A DNA stretch of 64,000 nt from assembly GCA_031414535.1 (NCBI GenBank), contig JANNVQ010000057.1:101663-165662 (forward strand), in the 5' to 3' direction. The notes below the pieces were generated by a model. It searched no databases and had not been told where the DNA came from. It saw only the letters and a program-made list of their open reading frames with translations. The DNA comes from Gemmatimonas sp. Lineage in GTDB: Bacteria > Gemmatimonadota > Gemmatimonadetes > Gemmatimonadales > Gemmatimonadaceae. The position numbers were made by a program, and so were the translations under genes. The first letter of the stretch is position 1. Every line of letters starts with the position of its first letter. Positions 38,352 to 48,002 of the stretch are shown in pieces.

Positions 38352-39749
38352 ATGTCCCTTTCGGCCACTGATGTTTGGTCCCGCCTGCTCGACAGAGCGC
38401 GCACGGAACTCTCAGATCACATAGTTGAGACCTGGCTCGCGCCCCTTCAGGCCGCTGAGTTTTCTGGTGACCAACTGACGCTCAATGCCCCCGACCAATT
38501 CTCGGTCGAGTGGAACGAGCGTCGGCACACCGCGCTGCTCGAGTCCTTCGCACCGGTGGCCGTTGGGCACCCGGTGAAGATTGCGCTTCGCGTTCAACAG
38601 GAGCGGCTCCAGCGCAGTCAGATGGACCTGTTCGTGCCACAAAAGGGACAGGAACAGCGCACCATGGAGCCAGAAAGGCAGCCGAGTAACGTCACGCTGT
38701 CTTCGCTGAACGATCGCTATACCTTCGAAACCTTCGTCATTGGCAAGTCCAATGACCTCGCCGCTGCCGCGGCAATGGCCGTCTCGCAGGCGCCGGGCAA
38801 GACCTATAACCCGCTGTTCTTCTACGGACCAACCGGACTGGGCAAGACCCACCTGATGCAGGCCATCGCACAAGAAATCGTGCGTCGGGCTCCGCAAACT
38901 CGTGTCACCTACATCACCACCGAGCAGTTCACCAACGACGTCATCACGTCCATCGGCAAGGGCGCAATGCATGATTTCCGTCGCCGCTATCGCGAGACGG
39001 ATCTCTTTCTGGTGGACGACGTCCACTTCATCGGCGGCAAGAACTCCACGCAAGAGGAGTTCTTTCACACCTTCAACGCACTCTATGAGGCCGGTCGGCA
39101 GATTGTCCTCACCTCTGACCGACCGCCCTCCGAAATCTCCAAACTTGAGGCGCGCCTCGCCTCGCGTTTCGCTTGGGGCATGGTGGCCGACATCGGCCAA
39201 CCGGACCTCGAGCATCGCATCGCAATCCTGCGCCGCAAAGCCCAGATGGACCACCTAGAGCACACCATCCCCGACGATGTTCTCCACTTCATCGCGGATC
39301 ACGTGCAGTCCAATGTTCGCGAGCTCGAAGGCTCCATCATCAAACTGCTCGCCTTCGCCTCGCTCAAGCACCGCGTCGTCACCGTGGACCTCGCGCGTGA
39401 GGCTTTGCGCGACAAGCTGCGGACTTCTGATGGCGGTCCCGTGCGCTCCGAACGTCAGGATAAGATGGGCACCATTCAGCAGCGCGTGGCCTCCGAGTGG
39501 GGAGTGACCGTCGAGGGCCTGCAGTCAAAAACACGAACCAAGACGCTCACGATCCCTCGGCAGGTGGCCATGTACCTCGCGCGGGAAATTCTCGGGCTTC
39601 AGCTCGTCGAAATCGGCCAGGCCTTCGGGGGACGCGATCACTCCACCGTGATTCATTCCCTTGAGCGCGTGGCAGAGACAATGAAGGAAAGCGCGGAGTT
39701 CCGAAGCCGTGTGGATAGAGTGAGGGAAACTGTCCGACATTCCTCATAG
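38352..39749 (+). CDS. dnaA: Chromosomal replication initiator DnaA
   Basis: YNPLFFYGPTGLGKTHL, QEEFFHTFN, NVRELEG and GGRDHSTV motifs. Confidence 0.98.
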   Translation: MSLSATDVWSRLLDRARTELSDHIVETWLAPLQAAEFSGDQLTLNAPDQFSVEWNERRHTALLESFAPVAVGHPVKIALRVQQERLQRSQMDLFVPQKGQEQRTMEPERQPSNVTLSSLNDRYTFETFVIGKSNDLAAAAAMAVSQAPGKTYNPLFFYGPTGLGKTHLMQAIAQEIVRRAPQTRVTYITTEQFTNDVITSIGKGAMHDFRRRYRETDLFLVDDVHFIGGKNSTQEEFFHTFNALYEAGRQIVLTSDRPPSEISKLEARLASRFAWGMVADIGQPDLEHRIAILRRKAQMDHLEHTIPDDVLHFIADHVQSNVRELEGSIIKLLAFASLKHRVVTVDLAREALRDKLRTSDGGPVRSERQDKMGTIQQRVASEWGVTVEGLQSKTRTKTLTIPRQVAMYLAREILGLQLVEIGQAFGGRDHSTVIHSLERVAETMKESAEFRSRVDRVRETVRHSS

Positions 39750-39960
39750 TCTCCACACTGTCCACATCCAACGTTGGTCGAAGCTGCGTTTCCCCCATGC
39801 TTCCCCAATTGCTCCACGCACAATGCACGTGAGGCTGAACGCCGAAGGTTCTGTAGCACAAGCACTTTCGCCATTCGTCCACAATCCACACCTTTCTACT
39901 ACTACTGCTACTTAGAGTATTAAGTAGATAGAAACAGTAGTCCCCTGTGCTACTCCACAT
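39749..39960. other. oriC: Replication origin (oriC) with DnaA boxes, DnaA-trios and AT-rich unwinding element
   Basis: Degenerate boxes GTCTCCACA, CTGTCCACA, TCGTCCACA (39875) and CAATCCACA (39882); CTA CTA CTA CTG CTA CTT trios at 39896-39913; then an AT-rich tract; lies between dnaA and dnaN. Confidence 0.85.
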
Positions 39961-39977
39961 TCCTCCGTCCGACGCGC

Positions 39978-41084
39978 ATGCGCTTCACGATCACACGCGA
40001 GAAGCTTCAGGAAGGGCTCGCCGCCGTAACACCGGCTGTGCCCAACAAGACGACACTCCCCGTGCTTGCGAATCTCCTGGTGCAGACCACCGACAAAGGG
40101 ATTCGCATCTCCGGGACTGATCTCGACATTGCCGTTTCCACTGAGGTTACGGCTGACGTCGAGGCGATGGGTGCCATCACAATCCCGGCCCGGAAGCTGA
40201 GCGAGATCGCTCGCGAACTGCCACCCGCACCCGTGCGCATCTCAGCAACAGGAGATCAGCGCATCACGCTTGAATGCGGACGCTCCAAGTTCAAACTCTT
40301 GGGTCTGCCAAAGTCAGAGTTCCCGAGTTTTCCGGCGGTGCAGTTCGAGAAAGCCGTTCGCGTCCCCTCGGGCGATCTTCAAAAGCTCATCGGACACACC
40401 GCGTTTGCCGCGAGCACCGAAGAAAGCCGTCCAATCCTCAACGGCGTACTGTGGGAGCTGCGCAGCGACCTAATGCGCATGGTGGCGACCAACGGTCATC
40501 GTCTGGCCAAGATGGAAGTCCCCGTGAAGTCAGGACAAAAGTCGGATCTGATCATTCCGCCCAAGGCACTGGAGCAGATTCGTCGGCTCTTTCCAGCCGA
40601 AGAAGAGCTCGAAGTGGCGCAGGGTGAAAATCACCTTGGCTTTCGCTCGCCGTTCACCTCGGTGTACACGCGCCTCATCGAAGGCCCGTATCCTGGCTAC
40701 GAACAGGTCATTCCGAAGGACAACGACAAGTACGCGATTGTGGATCGTGCAGCCCTCACCAGCGCGCTGCGCCGCATGAGCGTGGTTGCGTCTGACCAGA
40801 CCCATCGCATTCGCCTCTCGTTCAACGCCGGCATGTTGAAGTTTTCCGTCAGCACACCGGACCTGGGCGAGGCGCAGGACGAGCTGCCCATTCGTTACGA
40901 AGGCGATCCGCTCGACATCGGCTTCAATGCGGCGTATTTGCTGGAGATCCTCCGGTACATGCCCACGGACGAGGTCCGCATGACCTTCCGCGCACCAGAA
41001 CGCGCATCAACCATCGAGCCAGAAGGTTGGGCGGACTCGGCAAAGTATCTCTGCCTGCTCATGCCCCTACGCTTGGTAGACTGA
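39978..41084 (+). CDS. dnaN: DNA polymerase III beta sliding clamp
   Basis: VATNGHRL, RLIEGPYP, IGFNAAYL and LLMPL motifs. Confidence 0.97.
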   Translation: MRFTITREKLQEGLAAVTPAVPNKTTLPVLANLLVQTTDKGIRISGTDLDIAVSTEVTADVEAMGAITIPARKLSEIARELPPAPVRISATGDQRITLECGRSKFKLLGLPKSEFPSFPAVQFEKAVRVPSGDLQKLIGHTAFAASTEESRPILNGVLWELRSDLMRMVATNGHRLAKMEVPVKSGQKSDLIIPPKALEQIRRLFPAEEELEVAQGENHLGFRSPFTSVYTRLIEGPYPGYEQVIPKDNDKYAIVDRAALTSALRRMSVVASDQTHRIRLSFNAGMLKFSVSTPDLGEAQDELPIRYEGDPLDIGFNAAYLLEILRYMPTDEVRMTFRAPERASTIEPEGWADSAKYLCLLMPLRLVD

Positions 41085-41091
41085 GGCCGCG

Positions 41092-41946
41092 TCAGGGAAT
41101 TGCGATGACGAGGGCGCTGCGCTGCACGAGTTCCTGCGTGCGCCGGCGCCCTCGCATCGTGAGGCGGAGCTCGCTGCTGCCTACTCCTGACGCAATCACC
41201 GCCCCCTCAGGCAAGAGCTCTAGGCGAGCCACGCCTGTCGCTTCGCCAACGAAGCGAACCGAGTCCCCGAACTGCACCCCGCGGCCGGTGATGACGGCGC
41301 GTGAATTGCGACGAACCACCACGCGCAAGCGGCCCTCGCGGAGCACCACGCCCTCGACAACAAAGTCCCGCACGGCCATCGATTGCAACACGATGCCGTC
41401 TCGGCACAGCGGGCTGTTTGAGGAATCGCGCCACGCGGTACCAAGCGAGACTTCACGCGGCGGCGCCACCCAGGTCTCGCGCCACCCAGACACGAGTGCG
41501 GCCTGTGCGTCGCACCCTCCGACCAGCGGCAACTGAAGCTGGGGCGCACCGCCGGCCCACGGGACCTCCGCAACGAACGACACCGGCAGCTGCGGGGTAT
41601 CCAGCACCCGCCACAGGGAATCCGAGCCTCGGCGCACGGCAAACGCATGCACGCTCCCTGCCACGCGAACCCGCGCGGTACCGGGGTTCTCAGACCAGTG
41701 ATACCACGCACGCGTCGCGATGGTATCCATCCGAACAAGCGAATCAACTCGAGACTCGAGCACTGCCGTGAGGTCCACGCGTTGCGCACGCGGACGTTCC
41801 GCGCCTCTGATGATCCACGGCCCCGCAAGCGAGTCTCGGCTAGGCTCCACGGTCCTCGCCGGTCCCGGTTGTCGCGCCGACACGGCACCACCACCACCGC
41901 AGCCGGCGACGAAAAAGAACAGCCCGAAAACAAGACCACGCGACAT
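41092..41946 (-). CDS. Hypothetical lipoprotein, beta-rich
   Basis: MSRGLVFGLFFFVAG-C lipobox; a -10-like TATCGT lies 6 nt before the ATG. Confidence 0.6.
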   Translation of the reverse strand: MSRGLVFGLFFFVAGCGGGGAVSARQPGPARTVEPSRDSLAGPWIIRGAERPRAQRVDLTAVLESRVDSLVRMDTIATRAWYHWSENPGTARVRVAGSVHAFAVRRGSDSLWRVLDTPQLPVSFVAEVPWAGGAPQLQLPLVGGCDAQAALVSGWRETWVAPPREVSLGTAWRDSSNSPLCRDGIVLQSMAVRDFVVEGVVLREGRLRVVVRRNSRAVITGRGVQFGDSVRFVGEATGVARLELLPEGAVIASGVGSSELRLTMRGRRRTQELVQRSALVIAIP

Positions 41947-42014
41947 ACGCGAACGATACTCGCCAAACAGCGAGAGGGGCGAGTGCTCACTGAGCACCGC
42001 CCCCCTCGGACCAA

Positions 42015-42402
42015 CGTGGGCCCCGCCTATAAGCCGGGTTCTGTCGAGACGTTGCCGCCTCGGACGATCATTCCTCTCGGCGCACCTTCGCAGATACGCT
42101 CTAGCAGTCAACCCGCGGCGTCTTGATCACAGAGGACTGCTGCTCGCCGCTTATTTGACCTTGCTCCCGCTGGGGTTTGCCATGCCATCCGTGTTACCAC
42201 GCATGCGGTGGGCTCTTACCCCACCCTTTCACCCTTACCTCCGGTTGCCCAAAGGCGGTTTGCTTTCTGTTGCACTGTCCGTCATGCGTTTGCGCTTGCG
42301 CGCGCGCACATGCCCAGGCGTTACCTGGCAGCGTGTCCAAGGAGCCCGGACTTTCCTCGGCGTAACCTTCCGGTTGCGACGCGATCGTCCGGCGGGGCCA
42401 CG
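42015..42402 (-). ncRNA. rnpB: RNase P RNA (type A)
   Basis: Minus strand carries GAGGAAAGTCCGGGCTCC and ACAGAACCCGGCTTAT (P4 halves); P1 pairing GTGGCCCCGCC / GGCGGGGCCCAC. Confidence 0.96.
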
Positions 42403-42528
42403 AGTGGAATCTAACGCGGAGGCGATGACGCGGAGTCGCGCACGTGACGCACTCGGTGACGGAAGGATGACTGGCGAGGCCCATCGTCCCGCCCGCTGGT
42501 CGTCATCCACCCGCTTTCGGAGATTCGC

Positions 42529-43437
42529 ATGAGTGCCTCATTGCCCACCCTTCAGGCTCCCGTCGTCACTGTCCTAGACCCCGACGAACGCGCGCGCGTG
42601 GACGCGGCGGGTGAAGGCCTCTACCGCGCGGTACACCGCGAGAGTGTTGCCGACGCGCTCGAAGATCTTAAGAAGGGCCGAGTGGGTGCCGTGATTCTCG
42701 GCGTCGTCCGCTGCGGCCAGCACGCTGACCGGCGCGTAGCCGCGTTGCTCCGAGAATTTCCCAGCGTGCCGACGGTCGCCTTGCTCGGCGCCGAGCCCCC
42801 GAGTGCAGAGTCGCTGCTGCGCATTGGCAATGCTGGCATCACACGTTTAGTGGATGTTCGTGTGCCGGCGGGATGGAGCCAGCTCCGTCGAATTCTCGCC
42901 GCGGAGGCCACGCGCTCCACGGACCGCGTGGCGCTGGCAATGATTCGCGAAGAGGTCGCACCCGTCTCCGAGGACACGTGGCAATTCTTCGAGGCGCTGT
43001 TCGCCGCAAGTGCGTGCAACGACACGGTGCAAGCGCTCGCGCTTCGCATGCAGGTGCTGCCGAGCACGCTCATGAGCCGATTCTTTCGCGCCAAGCTTCC
43101 CGCGCCCAAGCGGTACCTTGCCTATGCGCGACTTGTGCGTGCTGCGCGGCTGTTCGAAGATCAGGGTCACGCCATCGCTGACGTAGCCAACGCACTCGAC
43201 TTCTCGTCGCCGCAAAGCTTCGGGCGCCACGTGCAGACCTTCCTCAAGGTGTCCGCAGGCGAATTCCGGCGGCACTACAGCTCAGAGCGAATGCTGGAAC
43301 GATTCATGGACGAGCTGGTCCGCCCGCACAAAGCGAAGCTGCGTCAACTGCGCCCACTAGCATTGCGCCCAGGAATGCGGCCGCTCCCGCCCTCAGTCGC
43401 AGATCGCCGGCCAGCCATTCATCGCCGCGTGAGCTGA
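42529..43437 (+). CDS. AraC family transcriptional regulator with a receiver-like N-terminal domain
   Basis: STLMSRF...IADVANALDFSSPQSFGRH double HTH. Confidence 0.8.
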   Translation: MSASLPTLQAPVVTVLDPDERARVDAAGEGLYRAVHRESVADALEDLKKGRVGAVILGVVRCGQHADRRVAALLREFPSVPTVALLGAEPPSAESLLRIGNAGITRLVDVRVPAGWSQLRRILAAEATRSTDRVALAMIREEVAPVSEDTWQFFEALFAASACNDTVQALALRMQVLPSTLMSRFFRAKLPAPKRYLAYARLVRAARLFEDQGHAIADVANALDFSSPQSFGRHVQTFLKVSAGEFRRHYSSERMLERFMDELVRPHKAKLRQLRPLALRPGMRPLPPSVADRRPAIHRRVS

Positions 43438-43442
43438 GGGAC

Positions 43443-43994
43443 CTACATCCGCGCCACAATCTCGGCGGCGGTGACGAGTGCCGCGACCTCAAGCCCTTGG
43501 GCTTCGATCGCTTCGCGGCCACCTTCTTCGCGGTCCACCACCGCGAGCACGCCGAGCACCGTGGCGCCCGCGGCCCGGACGGCCTCAACGGCCCGAAGCG
43601 CCGATCCGCCGGTTGTGATCACGTCTTCCACCACGACCACACGGTCGCCGCTTTCGAACGCGCCTTCAATCACCTTGCCCGTGCCGTGCGTTTTTGCTTC
43701 CTTCCGCACAGTGAAGGCGCGCACCGGAATTCCGGCCAGCTGGCTCGCGTAGGCAATGGCATAGCTCACCGGGTCTGCACCCAGGGTGAGGCCGCCGACA
43801 GATGTGGCGGCCCATCCCCGCTCGCCGATGGCGTGAAGGCCCAGCGGTCCGATAGCCGCAAGCCCAGCCGGATGCATCGTCGTGGGTCTGCAGTCGATGT
43901 AGAGATTGGACTGGCGTCCTGATGCCAGCGTGAAGGAACCGCGACGCGCGCTGCGCGTGGCGAGCAATTCGATGAGGCGAGAGCGTGAGTCCAT
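43443..43994 (-). CDS. pyrE: Orotate phosphoribosyltransferase
   Basis: FTLASG, RKEAKTHG and VVEDVITTGGS motifs. Confidence 0.96.
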   Translation of the reverse strand: MDSRSRLIELLATRSARRGSFTLASGRQSNLYIDCRPTTMHPAGLAAIGPLGLHAIGERGWAATSVGGLTLGADPVSYAIAYASQLAGIPVRAFTVRKEAKTHGTGKVIEGAFESGDRVVVVEDVITTGGSALRAVEAVRAAGATVLGVLAVVDREEGGREAIEAQGLEVAALVTAAEIVARM

Positions 43995-44042
43995 TTGGGG
44001 AGGCTATCCACTGAAGTCCTGCCGGTCAATGCACCCGTGTTG

Positions 44043-44945
44043 ATGTGGGCCGTGGGGCTCGTGGTGGCGGTGGCGCTTGTGGCGCTGCTCGTCAGCGAAC
44101 GTGAGCGCCGGCAACGGCTACGCGAGCGAAGCGCCGAACTCGAGCATCTCTCCTTTGAGCTCGCGCGCGCTAATCGCGCCAAGAGTGAGTTTCTCGCCAA
44201 TGTGTCGCACGAACTGCGTACGCCGCTGGCGGCGATCGTTGGCTACATCGATCTTCTCCGCGACGGTTCCTACGGTGAGCTCGGGCCCCGAATGGTTGGG
44301 CCCGTGGAGCGCGTGCAAGCGTCGGCGGAGCACCTGCAGGCCCTTGTCGATCAAATTCTCGACCTTGCGAAGCTCTCGGCCGGCCGACTGGAGCTCCAGC
44401 GCGAACCGCTCTCTTTGCGCGCCTTCGTGATAGACGTGGCCAGCGAAGTCGAGCCGCTCATCATCGAGAAGGGCCTCGCGCTTTCTATCCAAGTGCCGGC
44501 GACCTTGCCCAAACTGAGCACCGATCCGATGCACCTGCGGCAGATTCTCGTGAATCTGCTCGGCAATGCCGTAAAGTTTACAGCACAGGGCAACATCACC
44601 GTGCGCGCTACGCTCGTGCCCGATCCGTCGCGCTTGTTGGAAGAACGGGCGTTACGCCAGCGCCCCTTGCTGGCCACCGGAGGTGCGTGGATTGCCTTGC
44701 AGGTGGCCGACACCGGGATGGGAATCGCCGACAAAGATCAGCAGCGCATCTTCGAGGAGTTCGAACAGGTTGACTCAGGCTCGCGCGCTGACTCGGTGCG
44801 CCGCGGTACCGGGCTCGGACTCACCATCACGCGTCGTTTGGCTCGACTGCTCGACGGGGATATTACCGTCGAGAGCGTGTTGGGACGAGGCTCAGCCTTC
44901 ACCTGTTGGTTGCCCGTGGACCCAGGTCCACGGCCGTCCGCCTAG
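44043..44945 (+). CDS. Orphan sensor histidine kinase (single TM, HisKA, HATPase)
   Basis: SHELRTPL, NLLGNAVKF, DTGMGI and GTGLGL motifs; start approximate. Confidence 0.9.
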   Translation: MWAVGLVVAVALVALLVSERERRQRLRERSAELEHLSFELARANRAKSEFLANVSHELRTPLAAIVGYIDLLRDGSYGELGPRMVGPVERVQASAEHLQALVDQILDLAKLSAGRLELQREPLSLRAFVIDVASEVEPLIIEKGLALSIQVPATLPKLSTDPMHLRQILVNLLGNAVKFTAQGNITVRATLVPDPSRLLEERALRQRPLLATGGAWIALQVADTGMGIADKDQQRIFEEFEQVDSGSRADSVRRGTGLGLTITRRLARLLDGDITVESVLGRGSAFTCWLPVDPGPRPSA

Positions 44946-44963
44946 CAGACGCGGCGCCAAGCG

Positions 44964-45857
44964 TCAGCGCCCGAAGAGTCCCTTCATCTTCGAGAGCAGT
45001 CCGCTGCTCGGCGTCGCTGTAGGAAATGGATCCCCGAGCGCTCCGGACAAGGCTTCGGCAAAAGCCACAACGTCGGCGTAGCGGTCGCTCGGCAGCTTGG
45101 CGAGTCCCTTCATCACCACGGCCTCGACTTCCGGCTTGAACTGGATGTCGGGCTTGGCCTTGTTGAGCGGAATCGGGGGCTGCGAGAGCAACTGTGTGAA
45201 CATGTCGCGCGGGCTGCGCGCGGTGTACGGCAGCGTGCCCGTGAGAAAGAGGTACGCCATGGTCGCGAGCGAGTACTGATCAGCCGCCGTCGACACGATC
45301 TCGCCCGATAACGCTTCTGGTGCCACGTACATCAGCGTGCCGACAAAGAACCCCGCGCGCGTAAGCCGCTGGTCCTGTGTGGTGTCCGTTGATGTCGCAA
45401 TGCCGAAGTCCAGCAACTTCACCAGCCGGAGCTGGTGATCGTACATCACGTTGTCTGGCTTCAAGTCACGATGCACGATGCCTGCTGTGTGCGCAGCGAA
45501 CACGGCGCCCGCAATCTGGCTGACGATGGTCGCGACTTCGTCTGGCGGAAACGGTGCGTGGCGCTTGGCGTAGGATTCCAGCAGTTCGCCGGGTGCCCAT
45601 TCGATGACGAGGAACGGCACGCCGCCGTCCTCACCCGTCTGAATGGTCCGAATCACGTTCGGATGCGTTACACGAGTGCCAAAGCCGGCCTCGCGAGTGA
45701 AGCGGGCGACCGCGGTGCGGTCCTGCCGCAACTTCTCGCGCAGCACCTTGAAGGCCACGTCTCCGTGTTCGGAGTGGGTCGCCCTATAAACGGTCGCCGT
45801 GCCCCCCTCGCCGACCCGGTCGAGGAGGGTGTACCCAGCCAGCGTCATTCCCACCAT
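44964..45857 (-). CDS. Hanks-type Ser/Thr protein kinase, soluble
   Basis: GEGG...VAFK, HRDLKPDN, DFG and GTLMYVAPE motifs. Confidence 0.92.
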   Translation of the reverse strand: MVGMTLAGYTLLDRVGEGGTATVYRATHSEHGDVAFKVLREKLRQDRTAVARFTREAGFGTRVTHPNVIRTIQTGEDGGVPFLVIEWAPGELLESYAKRHAPFPPDEVATIVSQIAGAVFAAHTAGIVHRDLKPDNVMYDHQLRLVKLLDFGIATSTDTTQDQRLTRAGFFVGTLMYVAPEALSGEIVSTAADQYSLATMAYLFLTGTLPYTARSPRDMFTQLLSQPPIPLNKAKPDIQFKPEVEAVVMKGLAKLPSDRYADVVAFAEALSGALGDPFPTATPSSGLLSKMKGLFGR

Positions 45858-46002
45858 TGCGTCTCTCGTCACCGCGCCGAAGCTACGTCGGTGTTCGCGA
45901 TGGGGCAAGGATTGTCGCGTCAGTTGACACCTCGGTTGATACCTCGACGCGGCCGGAAGTGAAGCTGCGGTGTAGATTATCCACTCGAACTCCCTCCTGA
46001 CG

Positions 46003-47379
46003 ATGCCCTGTTTGCCTCTCGTGAACCCACGTCCGTTCATTCTCGCCTTCGGCATCTTGGCCGGCGCCGCCTGCGGCGGGTCCTCGAGTGGCGGCGCTGG
46101 ATCGGGAGTCCCCGCTGTGCAGCGCGATCAGCGGCAAATCTCGTTCGACCCGACGCCACTGTACCGGCAGATGGGGATGATTGCCCGCGGACAGCCCTTT
46201 CCCTTGGTTGGGCGCACCGCTTTTCTCCCCGCCGCCTCTGCGGACACCACGCACACGGTCCTGGTCTTCGGCTTTTCGCCCGCCGCGTTGCGCTTCACTC
46301 GTGAGACCGACAGCCGCTACCGCGCTAACTACACGGTGGGCATCACGGTCGAACGTGAGGGCTTGGCGGTTTACACGGCCGAGACCACGGAATCCGTCAT
46401 CGTCGCCGCCTTCCGCGAAACGGAGCGGGCCGACGAGAGCGTACTGTTTCAAGAAATCATCGATCTCGCACCCGGACGTTACCGCCTGACTCTCGCTGTG
46501 CGCGACGTCAGCAGCCAGCGGGGCGCGGTGGAGACGCTTGATCTCGAGGTCCCAAGTTTCGCGACGCGCGCGCTTGGGACCCCCATTCCGATCAACAAAG
46601 TCGTTCCTCGAGAGTCGCGTGACACCATTCCCTTCCTCCTCGCGCGGCCTCGTGCCACGGCCGCGCTTGGTCAGGATTCGGTGTTGCCGCTCTACATCGA
46701 GAGCGCGTCGGCCGCCGACACGGTCGTTCGCCTGATTGCACGCGGAGAAACGGGCCGCGTGATGTGGCAGGAAGATGTGCGCCTGTCAGGCTACCCGAAG
46801 TTCTCCGCCGGTATTGTACAGGTGCCGGTACAGCGGCTCAGCATCGGCGTCTCGCAGGTGTCTTTCGTCGGCGGCGCGGGACAAGACACTTCGAGCGTTT
46901 TTGTCTTTGTTGGATTCGGCGACGACCTCCCGGTCGCACGCTTCGAGGACATGCTACAGTTCCTCCGCTACTTTGCTCGCCCGCAACGCCTACAGGCTCT
47001 GCGCGAGGCGCCCGAGGAACAACGGCCGGCCGCTTGGGCGGCGTTTATGCGGGAGACTGACTCCATTCCCAACACGGTCCAGCACGAAGACCTGCGCGTG
47101 TACTTCGGTCGCCTCGTTCGCGCTAACGCGCGCTTCCGAGAAGACGGCGTTGCGGGCTGGATGTCTGATCGCGGGCGCGCCTTTATCGTGATGGGTGAAC
47201 CGGACCAGATTATCGAGCCGGCATTCACGGACATGCAGCGCGTGCGCCAGCAGATTTGGGAGTATTCGGGTCGCGGACTGCAACTGCAGTTCTACGACCA
47301 GACGGGGACCGGTCGCTGGCGCCTCACGCAGGCGAGCGACTCGCGATTCGAAGCGGAGCTCCGCCGACAGCTCCGGTGA
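46003..47379 (+). CDS. GWxTD domain-containing lipoprotein
   Basis: Lipobox-like AGAAC; YFGRLVRAN..F...GWMSDRGRAFIVMGEPD..W.Y. Confidence 0.8.
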   Translation: MPCLPLVNPRPFILAFGILAGAACGGSSSGGAGSGVPAVQRDQRQISFDPTPLYRQMGMIARGQPFPLVGRTAFLPAASADTTHTVLVFGFSPAALRFTRETDSRYRANYTVGITVEREGLAVYTAETTESVIVAAFRETERADESVLFQEIIDLAPGRYRLTLAVRDVSSQRGAVETLDLEVPSFATRALGTPIPINKVVPRESRDTIPFLLARPRATAALGQDSVLPLYIESASAADTVVRLIARGETGRVMWQEDVRLSGYPKFSAGIVQVPVQRLSIGVSQVSFVGGAGQDTSSVFVFVGFGDDLPVARFEDMLQFLRYFARPQRLQALREAPEEQRPAAWAAFMRETDSIPNTVQHEDLRVYFGRLVRANARFREDGVAGWMSDRGRAFIVMGEPDQIIEPAFTDMQRVRQQIWEYSGRGLQLQFYDQTGTGRWRLTQASDSRFEAELRRQLR

Positions 47380-47993
47380 CAGCTCCGGTGAGTACGCCGG
47401 AGCGTCTTCCGCTTCGCGCCGAACTTGCGCGTAAGGCGCTACACGCCGCGACGGCCGTCTTGCCGATCAGTCTTGCGTTTGGATGGACCAGCCAGCGCAC
47501 TCTCCAAATTGCCGTCGCAGCCGCCGCGCTTCTGGCGTTGGTGATTGAGGCGCTCCGCAACGCCTGGCCCACATTTGCCAAGGCATTCTCCACGGCCGTT
47601 GGCGGAATGCTGCGCCGGCACGAGCAAGCGGCGCTCACGGGTGCGACTTGGCTGGCGCTTGCGATGGCCGTCGTGCTCTGGCTCGCGCCGCTGAATGCCG
47701 CCGTCGCCGCTCTCTGGGCGGCAGCATTTGGAGATGCCGCGGCAGCGGTAGTCGGCCGTAGCGCCGCAAGCTGGCGGCAACGGCCGGCCAACGGCAAAAC
47801 ACTCCTCGGCTCGGCGGCGGCCCTTGTAGTGACCGCCGCAGGCGTACTCTGGCTTACGCCTGCCTCCGTGAGCGCCGCCGTGCTGCTCGGTGTGGTCGCG
47901 GCAATAGCGGAGCGTCCCGCCAGGCCACTCGACGACAACCTACGAATCGCACTCGTCGTCGCGCTCACCGCGACCTTGTTGGGTCTGCGCTAG
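47376..47993 (+). CDS. CTP-dependent polyprenol/diacylglycerol kinase family (dolichol/phytol kinase-like)
   Basis: ELARKALH, GDAAAAVVG, GKTLLGS and DDNL motifs; GTGA overlap. Confidence 0.75.
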   Translation: MTAPVSTPERLPLRAELARKALHAATAVLPISLAFGWTSQRTLQIAVAAAALLALVIEALRNAWPTFAKAFSTAVGGMLRRHEQAALTGATWLALAMAVVLWLAPLNAAVAALWAAAFGDAAAAVVGRSAASWRQRPANGKTLLGSAAALVVTAAGVLWLTPASVSAAVLLGVVAAIAERPARPLDDNLRIALVVALTATLLGLR

Positions 47994-48002
47994 TTTTCCG
48001 GA

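Noticed and set aside
42177..42532. Several short ORFs over 42.0-42.5 kb
   Set aside because: The region is explained by RNase P RNA
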